From an uncultured Actinomycetes bacterium (GTDB taxonomy: Bacteria > Actinomycetota > Actinomycetes > S36-B12 > UBA10799), in the NCBI GenBank assembly GCA_964474045.1, contig CAYYRC010000009.1:1256-65255 (forward strand): DNA of 64,000 nt, in the 5' to 3' direction. The notes under the pieces are model-generated. The model did not search any database, was not told where the DNA came from, and was given only the letters and a program-made list of their open reading frames with translations. A program made the translations under genes and the position numbers. Shown piece by piece: positions 1 through 8,580 of this stretch; positions within the stretch are counted from its first letter, which is position 1, and each line of letters begins with the position of its first letter.

Positions 1-6
1 CTGGCG

Positions 7-1029
7 GTGTACGTGCGCCCGAAGAAGTGGATGATCCTGTTCGTGCCGCTGGTGCTGGTCTTCACCGCCTTGGCCGTCGGCTTCGCGGTGAACCTCAAGT
101 TCCATGCCTTCACCACGTTGGGCCCCATGCTCGGGCTCAACCCCTACGAGACCGGCGACGACGGCCTGATCGACAAGCCGGAGGGCACCTACCCGCGCGG
201 CGTCGTCGTCGACGCCACGATCCCCGGTCGGGTCAGCGGCCTCGGCGAGCTCCCCGCCAAGGTCTGGCTCCCCCCGCAGTGGTTCACCGAGCCCAGCCGG
301 ACCTTCCCGGTCGTCTTCCTGCTGCACGGCGTACCCGGCTTCGCGGTGCCCGGCCTCGATCCCAACGGCGGCCCTGCGACGCTGTTCACCAGCGCCAACG
401 CCGACAACGGAGCCCAGCTCGCGGCGACCCAGCGCGACCAGCCCGTCGTGCTCATCGCCCCCGTGAACTCCCCCATGAATGCCGACACCGAGTGTGTCGA
501 CGGCACCCAGGGCAAGTGGCAGACGTACCTGTCCACGGACCTGATCAACTGGACTGGGGCCCATCCCAGGATGCAGAAGGGCCCCGAGCACACGGGGATC
601 AGCGGCTACTCCATGGGCGGCTACTGCGCCCAGGTCACGGCGCTGCGCAACCCCTCCAAGTTCTCCATCTCCGGCAACCTGTCCGGCAGCTTCGCGCCCG
701 ACTATCCGGACAGTCAGGGCGGTTTGGCCAAGCTGTTCGGGGTCGACGACGTCAAGGCGGCCGAGGCGGACTACGACTCCATCGCCATCGTGCAGACGCA
801 GCCCGCCAGCCATTCGGTGCGGGTGTGGCTGCGCATCGGGACCGGGGACAACTCGGCGCCGGGACTCATCGAGTCCCAGCAGAAGTTCGCCGCCGCGGCG
901 CGCGACGCCGGCATGACCGTCGAGGAGTCCAAGGTGCCCGGAGGGCATGACTTCAAGGTCTGGGATCCCGGCTTCGCGGCCTGGATCCAGTGGTGCGCGG
1001 CCCTGCTCTACGGGCAGCAGCCGCAGTAG
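7..1029 (+). CDS. membrane-anchored esterase-family alpha/beta hydrolase
   Basis: 340-aa ORF with an N-terminal hydrophobic anchor (ILFVPLVLVFTALAVGFAV) and a nucleophile elbow G-Y-S-M-G-G. A C-terminal GGHDF region is typical of the putative-esterase family. The frame is open to base 1, so the true start may lie upstream of the window. Confidence 0.7.
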   Translation: MYVRPKKWMILFVPLVLVFTALAVGFAVNLKFHAFTTLGPMLGLNPYETGDDGLIDKPEGTYPRGVVVDATIPGRVSGLGELPAKVWLPPQWFTEPSRTFPVVFLLHGVPGFAVPGLDPNGGPATLFTSANADNGAQLAATQRDQPVVLIAPVNSPMNADTECVDGTQGKWQTYLSTDLINWTGAHPRMQKGPEHTGISGYSMGGYCAQVTALRNPSKFSISGNLSGSFAPDYPDSQGGLAKLFGVDDVKAAEADYDSIAIVQTQPASHSVRVWLRIGTGDNSAPGLIESQQKFAAAARDAGMTVEESKVPGGHDFKVWDPGFAAWIQWCAALLYGQQPQ

Positions 1030-1168
1030 CCGCCGCGGCGGGAGCCGGACGCGTTCCGGCCACGGCGACGCGAACGGCGGCAGTCCTCCGGAATATCGGC
1101 GACCCAATTATGGTTTACTCTTCAACTATCGCGGCGTGGATGCGCCGTCCCCAGCTGTGAGGTGCCAC

Positions 1169-2041
1169 GTGAGCTCGATCCTCTATCCGGACGCCCCCGG
1201 CGCCGCGTTCGACGGCTTCATGCGTGCCCGCGCCCACGAGGCACGGCTCCGCCCGGAGTGGAAACCCGGCGACCCGCCGCTGCCGGCCCTCTACATCAGC
1301 CACGGCGCCCCGCCGCTGTTCGACGACCCGGAGTGGATCGAGCAGCTGTTCAACTGGGCGCAGCGCCTGCCACGGCCGCGCGCGATCCTGATTGTGAGTG
1401 CGCACTGGGAGGAGTCTCCGCTCAGCCTCTCCGCCACGGGGGCGGGCACCCCACTCGTCTACGACTTCGGCGGCTTCGCCGACCGCTACTACCGCATGAC
1501 CTACCCCACCCCCGACGCGACCGCGCTGGCCGGGCTCATCGCACAGGCGCTCCCGCACGGCACCACGCTGCACCAGCACTCGCGGCGCGGCCTGGACCAC
1601 GGCTCCTGGGTGCCGCTGAAGGTCATGTATCCCGACGCGGACATCCCGGTGCTGCAGCTGAGCATGCCGACGCACGACACCCGAGCCCTGCTGGCGCTGG
1701 GACGATCGCTGCAGACGCTGCGCGGGGAGGGCGTGCTCGTGATCGGCTCGGGCTTCATGACGCACGGACTGCCCTTCATGACCTCCGATATGTGGCTGCG
1801 CAACGCGGTTCCGGCCTGGTCGTCCGAGTTCGACGCGTGGGCCGCGCAGGCGCTGGACGCGGGCGACCTGGACGAGCTCGCGGCGTATCGGAACCGCGCC
1901 CCCGGCCTCGGCTTCGCACACCCCACCGTCGAGCACTTCACCCCGCTCTTCGTCGCCCTGGGAGCAGGGGGAGGGACGGTGACGACCGCGATCGACGGCT
2001 ACCAGTTCGGCCTGGCCAAGCGCTCCATCGAGGTTGCCTGA
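1169..2041 (+). CDS. class III extradiol dioxygenase (4,5-DOPA dioxygenase extradiol / YgiD-like)
   Basis: Family hallmarks are present: LYISHGAPP, ILIVSAHWE, LVYDFGGF, LDHGSWVPL, VIGSGFMTHGL. The longest ORF (from 947) overlaps the esterase. GTG 1169 is preceded by GAGG with a 6-nt spacer; ATG 1220 is an alternative start. Confidence 0.75.
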   Translation: MSSILYPDAPGAAFDGFMRARAHEARLRPEWKPGDPPLPALYISHGAPPLFDDPEWIEQLFNWAQRLPRPRAILIVSAHWEESPLSLSATGAGTPLVYDFGGFADRYYRMTYPTPDATALAGLIAQALPHGTTLHQHSRRGLDHGSWVPLKVMYPDADIPVLQLSMPTHDTRALLALGRSLQTLRGEGVLVIGSGFMTHGLPFMTSDMWLRNAVPAWSSEFDAWAAQALDAGDLDELAAYRNRAPGLGFAHPTVEHFTPLFVALGAGGGTVTTAIDGYQFGLAKRSIEVA

Positions 2042-2224
2042 GAGCGCAGCCGCCGCGGGCGCCTCCTGGTTGCGGCGGGCACTGGTCCCATCAGCTCGCT
2101 GGGCTGCCTCGGGGCCGTCAGACCTTGCAGCAAGCCCTCCGCGTGGCCCCGCGACGGCGGCGGCTCGGATCATCCCCCGAACGTACGCTCGCGCCCGACG
2201 GGCTCGGCGCACTAACCTCAACAG

Positions 2225-3331
2225 ATGCTCGCCGTGTTCTGCTCCCCCTCCCGCTATGTCCAGGGACGTGACGCCACCGCGCAGCTGGGCATCCAGCTGA
2301 CGCACCTCGGCCTCACCGGGCCGGCGCTCATCGTCGCCAGCGACAGATGCATCCGGGACCTGGGCGAGACCTGGGCTGCATGCCTGGGCGAGGCCGACAT
2401 CGAGTTCGGTGTCCACGAGTTCGGCGGCGAATGCTCGCAGGCGAGCATCGATGCCGGGGTCGCCGCCGCGCGTGCGGCCCGTGCGACGACCGTGATCGGC
2501 GTGGGCGGGGGCAAGACCCTGGACACCTCGCGGGCGGTTGCCGCCGCGATCGGGGCCGCGACGGTCAACTGCCCGACGCTGGCCTCCAGCGATGCCCCGT
2601 GCAGCGCCCTCTCGGTGGTCTACCACGAGGACGGATCTTTCGACCGGCTGCAGTTCTACCCCCGCAACCCCGACCTGGTGCTGGTGGACACGACCCTGGT
2701 GGCGGCAGCGCCGCGGCGCTATCTGGTGTCTGGCATGGGTGACGCGCTGGCGACCTGGTACGAGGCCCGCACGGTGATCGAGGCGCACCGGCCGACCCAG
2801 GTCGGCGGCGCCACCACGCTGAGCGCCGCCGCACTCGCCGAGCTGTGCTGCCGGACGCTCTATGCCGACGGCGCGGCGGCTGCCGCCGCCGTGGACGCGG
2901 GTGTGGTGACACCGGCGCTGGAGCGCATCGTGGAGGCCAACACCCTGCTCTCCGGACTCGGCTTCGAGTCCGGCGGCCTGGCGGTCGCCCACTCCGTCCA
3001 CAACGGTTTGACCGCCGCCCCGGGCACGCACGACTTCCTGCACGGCGAGAAGGTCGCCTTCGGCCTGCTCGTGCAACTCCTGGTGGAGGGCCGCCCCGCC
3101 GAGGAGTTCGAGCAGGTGCGGGCGTTCTGCGCCACCGTCGGGCTCCCGACCACGCTGGCCGAGATCGGACTGGCCGACCTCGACGACGGCACCCTGGCGC
3201 TCATCGCCGCTGGTGCGGTGGCCGAGGGCGAGACCGCGCACAACGAGCCCTTCGAGGTGACCGCCGAACTGATCGCCGACGGCATCCGCGGCGCCGACGC
3301 GTTGGCGCGGGCGGCTACTCGATCAGGCTGA
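2225..3331 (+). CDS. gldA: glycerol dehydrogenase (iron-containing alcohol dehydrogenase fold)
   Basis: 368 aa. The N-terminus FCSPSRYVQGRDA, the GVGGGKTLDT glycine motif and the metal-ligand region HSVHNGLT / HGEKVAFG match GldA. Confidence 0.85.
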   Translation: MLAVFCSPSRYVQGRDATAQLGIQLTHLGLTGPALIVASDRCIRDLGETWAACLGEADIEFGVHEFGGECSQASIDAGVAAARAARATTVIGVGGGKTLDTSRAVAAAIGAATVNCPTLASSDAPCSALSVVYHEDGSFDRLQFYPRNPDLVLVDTTLVAAAPRRYLVSGMGDALATWYEARTVIEAHRPTQVGGATTLSAAALAELCCRTLYADGAAAAAAVDAGVVTPALERIVEANTLLSGLGFESGGLAVAHSVHNGLTAAPGTHDFLHGEKVAFGLLVQLLVEGRPAEEFEQVRAFCATVGLPTTLAEIGLADLDDGTLALIAAGAVAEGETAHNEPFEVTAELIADGIRGADALARAATRSG

Positions 3332-5597
3332 ACAGCCCTTCGTCCTCCTGCGCGTTGTGCAGCTGCAGCACCCCGTACAGCACGTAGAGGGTGCGTCGGG
3401 ACTCCTGCACCGCGTCCGCTGGATCCAGATCCGGGTCGTCGACGATCCGCCGCAGCCTCCGCACCAGCCGCTCGATCTCGGCATGCGTGCGGCTGAGGAC
3501 GCCCACCGGATCCATTCCCCCGAGGGTGTCAGCCATCGCGGGCAGCAGCTCGCGCTCCTCCTGCAGCTCGTGCGGGAGCAGGTCGCCCTCCAGGACCACC
3601 ATCAACTCGCGAACGGTGGCGAGGGGATCCGCGCCGTCCACCTGTTCCAGCCCGTCGGCCGTCGAGCGGATCCGATCGGTGATGGGCCGCACCGCCTCGT
3701 GCTCTGCGGCCGTTCGGGTCAGCAGCTCCATGCGCTCCGGCGGGATCCTGGCGCCGGTCGGGGGCCGGAAGACCTGCACCCGAAGTGCGTTGCCGATGGC
3801 GAGCAGGTCGATGACCTCCTGCAGCAGCGCGCCGACGGCGGCGGGCAGGAGCCCGAAGGCGGCCGCAGCCATGGCCACCGCCGACAGCGCCATCCCGATC
3901 CAGGCGCTCTGGGCGGCGATCCGCCGGGCGCGGCGGGCGATGAGCACGGCGTCGGCGATGCGATCGATGCGGTCCACCGTCAGCACCACGCCGGCCGCCT
4001 CCGACGATGCCGTCGCCCCCCTCCCGGCCATCGCCACGCCCACCTCCGCGGCTGCCAGCGCGGGGGCATCGTTGATGCCGTCGCCCACCATCACGACCGG
4101 TCCACGGGTGCGCTCGGCCAGCACCGCCTCGACCTTGTCCGCGGGCGTCTGCTCGGCCCGCACGGCGTCCACGCCGGCGAGTCGTCCCACTGTGTCGGCG
4201 AGGTCCGCCCGGTCTCCGGTCACGAGCACCATGCGGTCGAAGCCGGCGGCACGCAGCCGGCGCAACATGCGCGGGGACTCGGCACGCAGGGAGTCCATGA
4301 GCAGCAACGCTCCTGCGGGACGGCCGGCCAGGGCTACCAGGATGCTCACGCAGCCCTCGAGATCGGCCTCGTGGCGGGCTCGCTTTGCCCACTCCGGGCG
4401 CTCGTCGCCCAGGATCCAGCCGGCCTTGCCCACCGCAACCGGCCGTCCGTCGACGATCCCCTTGATGCCGTGGCCGTGCACCTCCTCCGGATCGCTGGGC
4501 AGCGACAGCTTCAAGTGGCGCTCGCGGGCGGCGCGGACGATGGCCGAGGCGAGGACGTGCGGGGAGGTCTGGTCCAGGCTGGCCGCAGCCGCGAGGAGCT
4601 CGTCCGGGTCGACGCCTGCTGCGACATGGATGCTGCGCAGCGAGGGGCGACCCTCGGTCAGGGTGCCGGTCTTGTCGAACAGCAGCACCCTGCCGCCCGC
4701 GAGCTGCTCCAACACCTGCCCGCCCTTGATCACCACGCCCCGCTTGGCGGCCTGCGAGACCCCGCTCACCACTGCCACCGGGACCGCCAGCAGCAATGGG
4801 CACGGCGTCGCCACGACGAGCACGGCAACCGCCCGCGCCGGGTCCCCGCTGATCAGCCACGCGACCCCTGCGATCGCCAGCGACAGCGGGATGAACCACC
4901 ATGCGATGCGGTCCGCGAAGCGCACGTAGGGCGACGACTGCGCCTGGGCAGCCTGCACCATCCTGACGACATCGGCGTAGGTGCTGTTGGCGGCGATCTC
5001 GGTGGCGATGGCCTGGACCGGGGTGCCGGCGTTGACGACGCCGCTGCGAACCGAGTCGCTGGCCGGCCGATCCACGGCCTGCGACTCGCCGGTCAGGGCC
5101 GACTCGTCGAACGTGCCCCCGTCGAGCAGCCGCACATCCACGGGCACGATCTCACCGCTGCCGATGACGAGGGTGTCCCCGACGGCCACCTCGTCGACGT
5201 CCACCAGCTCGACCCCTGTGGGCACCACCCGGTGGGCGTTGCGCGGGGACCTGGCCAGCAGCAGCTTGAGCTCGCGGCGGGCCGAGGCCTCCGCCCACTG
5301 GTCCAGCACCGTGCCGGTGCCGAGCATGACGGTGATGAGGGCAGCGGCCAGGTACTCATGGGTCAGCAGCGCGCCCAGCACCGCCAGGAACGCCAGCACG
5401 TCCACCCCGGCCGTCCGGGCGATGAGTCCGCGGACGACCGCCCCGCCGGATGCCAGCACGCCCAGCACGCCGGCCGCCAGCCAGCAGCTGTCCCGCACGC
5501 CGTCCTGACCGGCGGCGGCCGCGACGATGCCCGCAGCCAGCAGCAGGACCGCAGGGATGAGAACCACCCAGCCCCAGTGCTCCCGGAGTCGCCGCAT
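3315..5597 (-). CDS. heavy-metal P-type ATPase, P1B-5-like, with C-terminal hemerythrin-like domain
   Basis: DKTGTLT phosphorylation motif, TGDR, VGDGINDAPAL and TGES are present. The TM motif is TPCP rather than CPC, and there is no N-terminal HMA domain. The last ~132 aa carry H..E / HxxxE / HxxxxD spacing (EHEAV, PHELQEE, THAEIE, LHNAQED). ATG 5597 is preceded by GGAGG with a 5-nt spacer; the track start at 5609 is a TTG. Confidence 0.85.
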   Translation of the reverse strand: MRRLREHWGWVVLIPAVLLLAAGIVAAAAGQDGVRDSCWLAAGVLGVLASGGAVVRGLIARTAGVDVLAFLAVLGALLTHEYLAAALITVMLGTGTVLDQWAEASARRELKLLLARSPRNAHRVVPTGVELVDVDEVAVGDTLVIGSGEIVPVDVRLLDGGTFDESALTGESQAVDRPASDSVRSGVVNAGTPVQAIATEIAANSTYADVVRMVQAAQAQSSPYVRFADRIAWWFIPLSLAIAGVAWLISGDPARAVAVLVVATPCPLLLAVPVAVVSGVSQAAKRGVVIKGGQVLEQLAGGRVLLFDKTGTLTEGRPSLRSIHVAAGVDPDELLAAAASLDQTSPHVLASAIVRAARERHLKLSLPSDPEEVHGHGIKGIVDGRPVAVGKAGWILGDERPEWAKRARHEADLEGCVSILVALAGRPAGALLLMDSLRAESPRMLRRLRAAGFDRMVLVTGDRADLADTVGRLAGVDAVRAEQTPADKVEAVLAERTRGPVVMVGDGINDAPALAAAEVGVAMAGRGATASSEAAGVVLTVDRIDRIADAVLIARRARRIAAQSAWIGMALSAVAMAAAAFGLLPAAVGALLQEVIDLLAIGNALRVQVFRPPTGARIPPERMELLTRTAAEHEAVRPITDRIRSTADGLEQVDGADPLATVRELMVVLEGDLLPHELQEERELLPAMADTLGGMDPVGVLSRTHAEIERLVRRLRRIVDDPDLDPADAVQESRRTLYVLYGVLQLHNAQEDEGLFSLIE

Positions 5598-5664
5598 GTC
5601 CGCCTCCAAGTCGCTTGCCTCACGTCCAGCCTACGACTGCGCAGCGTGACGAACCGCCTGCCGC

Positions 5665-6576
5665 TCAGGGATGCTGCGCCGATTCACCCTCCCGGTGCTG
5701 GGGCGGCTCGATCTGCAGGGTGGAGTGCTCGACAGCGAAGTTCTCATGCAGGGTGCGCTGCAGCTCCGCCAGCAGCCGCGCTTGATCGTCGGCCCCGAAG
5801 CAGGAGGGCTCGACCACGATGTGGGCAGACAGCGACGGCATGCCGCTGGTGATCGCCCAGACGTGCAGGTCGTGCACAGACCGCACCCCCGGAAGCGCCG
5901 CGAGGTCGGTGCGGATGAGCTCGGGGTCCACCCCGCGGGGAGCGTTCTCCATCAGCACCCCGAACGCGTCACGCAGGAGCAAGAGCGTCCGCGGCACCAT
6001 GAAGATCGCGATCACGACGGACACGATCACGTCGGCCCGGTCGAATCCCGTCCCGAGCACCACCAACCCGGCGACCACGACGCCGAAGGAGCCCAACGCG
6101 TCGGAGAAGACCTCCAGGTAGGCGCCCTTGACCGCCAGGCTCTCCCGCGACCCGCGACGCAGCAGCAACAGGGAGGCGACGTTGGCAGCGACCCCGTAGA
6201 GCGCCGCGACGATCATGACGCCCGGCTGCACCGGCTCGGGATGGCTCCAGCGCTGCACGGCCTCGACCAGGATGTAGGCCGATACCCCCAGCAGCAGGAA
6301 CCCGTTGGCAACGGTCGCAAGGATCTCGATCCGGTACAGCCCGAAAGTGCGACTCGGTCGGGTCCTGCGGGCCGCGATGGAGATCGCGACGATGGCCAGC
6401 GCGATCCCGGCGACGTCGGTGAACATGTGAGCGGCATCAGCCAGCAGTGCCAGCGAGTTCGCCAAGAAGGCACCGATGAGCTGGACGGCCACCACCGACA
6501 GCCCCAGGCACAGGGCGACGACCAACGTGCCCCGGTTGCGCATGCCCGCGCTGCCGTGGTCGTGGCCGCCACCCAT
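5665..6576 (-). CDS. cation diffusion facilitator (CDF) divalent-metal efflux transporter
   Basis: 303 aa with a His-rich N-terminus GGGHDHG. TM2 reads LLADAAHMFTDV (HxxxD). The TM5 Asp pair and the cytoplasmic tail VHDLHVW...LSAHIVV are typical of CzcD/ZitB-type CDFs. Confidence 0.85.
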   Translation of the reverse strand: MGGGHDHGSAGMRNRGTLVVALCLGLSVVAVQLIGAFLANSLALLADAAHMFTDVAGIALAIVAISIAARRTRPSRTFGLYRIEILATVANGFLLLGVSAYILVEAVQRWSHPEPVQPGVMIVAALYGVAANVASLLLLRRGSRESLAVKGAYLEVFSDALGSFGVVVAGLVVLGTGFDRADVIVSVVIAIFMVPRTLLLLRDAFGVLMENAPRGVDPELIRTDLAALPGVRSVHDLHVWAITSGMPSLSAHIVVEPSCFGADDQARLLAELQRTLHENFAVEHSTLQIEPPQHREGESAQHP

Positions 6577-6594
6577 GGCCGGGCCCCGCCTCCG

Positions 6595-7581
6595 CTAGCC
6601 AGCCGCCGCGAGTGCCGGCGGCTCGGCCGGTCGCATGCGGGGCACGAGGTCGCCGACCGCCTCGGGGTCAGACAGGTCCGCCCGCAGCGGGACGGCGCTT
6701 GTCGCCAGGTCGGCCAGCGATGCCCACGCCAGCGCCGGCGACGACATGGACCAGAAGTAGTAGTCCCGGTTGCTCAGGTCGGCGGCGGAGATCCACCGGG
6801 TCGGGTAGACCTCGCCGGTCGGATAGGGCACCCCCGGCGGCTTGCTCACCGCCGACGCGACGTGGACGACGCCCGCGAGCGCCTCGCGGGAATCCGCCGG
6901 CGTCGGCAGGTAGTGCCGGAAGTAGCTGGCGCGCACGAAGCGGTCCTCTGACGTGATGTCGCCGGGCGCGGGCAGGTCGCCGCCGAAGGGGCGGTAGCGC
7001 GCCAGGTTGGCCAGCTGCTCGGGCATGCTGGGGCTGTTCGCCATCACCTGGTACTGCCGGCCATGGGTCACGAGCATGCGCCCGGCCACGGGTTCGAACA
7101 CCGCTGTGTCGCCGCTGGCGTCCTCCACCGACAGATGCACCCCGAGCCGCCGACCCTGCTCATCGGGAAGGGCGTGGCCGAGGCCGGTGCCGCCCACGTC
7201 CGTCGGTTCGACCCTCACTGCCCTCAGCGCCGCGACGGCCTCGTCGACGCTCGCGCAGTTGTCCAGGACGAACTGCGACCAGAGCCCCGTGGTGAGCACG
7301 GGACGGGAGTCGGGTGGCTCGTACTCGGCCGAGGTGAACATCAGGGTGTGGGCGGCCAGGCCGGCAGAGTTCAGCCCGTCCAGGTACAGCCCGCCGAAGT
7401 CGACGAGGGCGGCCGAGGAGTAGGCGGAGGTCCAGGTGAGGCCAGCCGCGGCGGAGTCGGCGCGGCGACGCAGGCCGGCGGGGAGGAACCACATCGCGGC
7501 ACTGCTCGGGAAGCTGGAATCCAGGGTGCGGCTCACCACCGCGGCGGCGGAGTTGTCACCCCAGAAGATCCGAGTGCACAT
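6595..7581 (-). CDS. linear amide C-N hydrolase, choloylglycine hydrolase (Ntn) family
   Basis: The homologous part begins at M-C-T-R-I-F-W, with an N-terminal nucleophile Cys directly after Met. The upstream extension of the 545-aa track ORF is Arg/Gly-rich and overlaps the divergent gene. Confidence 0.8.
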   Translation of the reverse strand: MCTRIFWGDNSAAAVVSRTLDSSFPSSAAMWFLPAGLRRRADSAAAGLTWTSAYSSAALVDFGGLYLDGLNSAGLAAHTLMFTSAEYEPPDSRPVLTTGLWSQFVLDNCASVDEAVAALRAVRVEPTDVGGTGLGHALPDEQGRRLGVHLSVEDASGDTAVFEPVAGRMLVTHGRQYQVMANSPSMPEQLANLARYRPFGGDLPAPGDITSEDRFVRASYFRHYLPTPADSREALAGVVHVASAVSKPPGVPYPTGEVYPTRWISAADLSNRDYYFWSMSSPALAWASLADLATSAVPLRADLSDPEAVGDLVPRMRPAEPPALAAAG

Positions 7582-7683
7582 GCGGCCAGGGTAGGGGGTT
7601 GGCGCGGCCGAGGGGCGTGTGGAATCGTTGGCCTCGTCGGCGCCCTCGCCACAGCATCCGCGCGACCCAACCCCGGAGACACC

Positions 7684-8568
7684 ATGGACTGCACCCGCCC
7701 GCACGTCGTCATCACCGACACCGCCACCGAGGTCGGCGAGGCCACGATCCTGGCCGCCCTGAACTCGGGGTTCCACGTGTTCGCGGCCTTCGGCGCGGGC
7801 GGCCCGGTGGCCGACATGGACCACGTGGACCTCACCGCCATCGAGATCGACGACTGGACCCCGGAGGGCTTCTCGGCCGCTGCCGATGTGGTGGCCGAGC
7901 ACGTCGGCGAGGCCGGTCTGGACGGGCTGGTGAGCATCGCCGACACCGTCGTGGCGAAGCCGCTGGAGGCCATGTCCGCCGAGGAGCTGCTCGAGTTGTA
8001 CCGCGGCGACGTGGCGATGCCGCTGGCGCTCACGCAGTCGCTGCTGCCGCTGCTGCGCCAGGCGCCCGGGCGGATCGTCTATGTCGGGCCGATCGGGCGC
8101 AAGGCCAGCGTTCCCTTCGCCGGCGCGATGCAGTCGTCCACCGCGGCCCTTGCGGTGCTGAGCAGCCAGCTCCGCCGGGAGCTGGCGCCCTGGGGGATCA
8201 ACGTGGGCATGGTGGCCCCGGAGAGCATCCACGCCACTGCGGCCGAGCGCATGCAGGCAGATGCCTCAGAGGTCCAGGGCAGCCTGAGCGACGAGCACGT
8301 CGAGCTCTACGGCGAGGCCTACCAGAGCGCCATGGGGTCTGTGGTCGATGAGGACCGCGAGGACGTCTCCCCCGGCATGGTGGCCTACGTGGTGGTGGAG
8401 TCCCTCACCGCGCCCACCGCGCCGACGAAGTCGACGAAGGTCACCAAGCCGGCTGCCGGCGGACGCTTGAGCGGAATCGGCAACCTGAGCAAGCTGCCCG
8501 CCTCGCTGCAGCAGCTGGCGGCCCGCAGCATGTCCGGCCTGCCCGGAGTCGGCAGCTCGGGGCGCTGA
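7684..8568 (+). CDS. SDR-fold protein with degenerate cofactor and catalytic motifs
   Basis: Rossmann-like layout (VVITDTATEVGEA...; GRIVYVGPIG...; INVGMVAPE). The positions expected for TGxxxGxG, Ser, Tyr and Lys read TDTATEVG, P/G, M and T. The start is at MDCTRPHV (ATG 7684). Confidence 0.6.
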   Translation: MDCTRPHVVITDTATEVGEATILAALNSGFHVFAAFGAGGPVADMDHVDLTAIEIDDWTPEGFSAAADVVAEHVGEAGLDGLVSIADTVVAKPLEAMSAEELLELYRGDVAMPLALTQSLLPLLRQAPGRIVYVGPIGRKASVPFAGAMQSSTAALAVLSSQLRRELAPWGINVGMVAPESIHATAAERMQADASEVQGSLSDEHVELYGEAYQSAMGSVVDEDREDVSPGMVAYVVVESLTAPTAPTKSTKVTKPAAGGRLSGIGNLSKLPASLQQLAARSMSGLPGVGSSGR

Positions 8569-8580
8569 GCCCCGGGGGGT

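Noticed and set aside
1115-3241. 708-aa minus-strand ORF spanning the dioxygenase and gldA genes
   Set aside because: It lies antisense to two genes with clear family motifs. Its Arg/Gly/Ala/Pro-dominated composition is typical of spurious long ORFs in high-G+C DNA, and I recognised no motifs in it.
3357-5852. 831-aa plus-strand ORF and other long alternative-frame ORFs over the P-type ATPase
   Set aside because: The minus-strand frame carries DKTGT, TGDR and GDGINDAP, whereas the alternatives are Arg/His/Gly-rich with no motifs.
6595-8232. Long N-terminal extensions offered by the ORF track (for example 6595-8232, 7063-8568, 15995-18085, 19708-21627, 24985-26427, 26261-27343, 34418-35554, 35551-37881, 50977-51897)
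   Set aside because: In each case the family-homologous part starts at an internal ATG or GTG, often with a Shine-Dalgarno sequence or a stop/start overlap. The extension overlaps a neighbouring well-supported gene and is compositionally Arg/Gly/Pro-rich.
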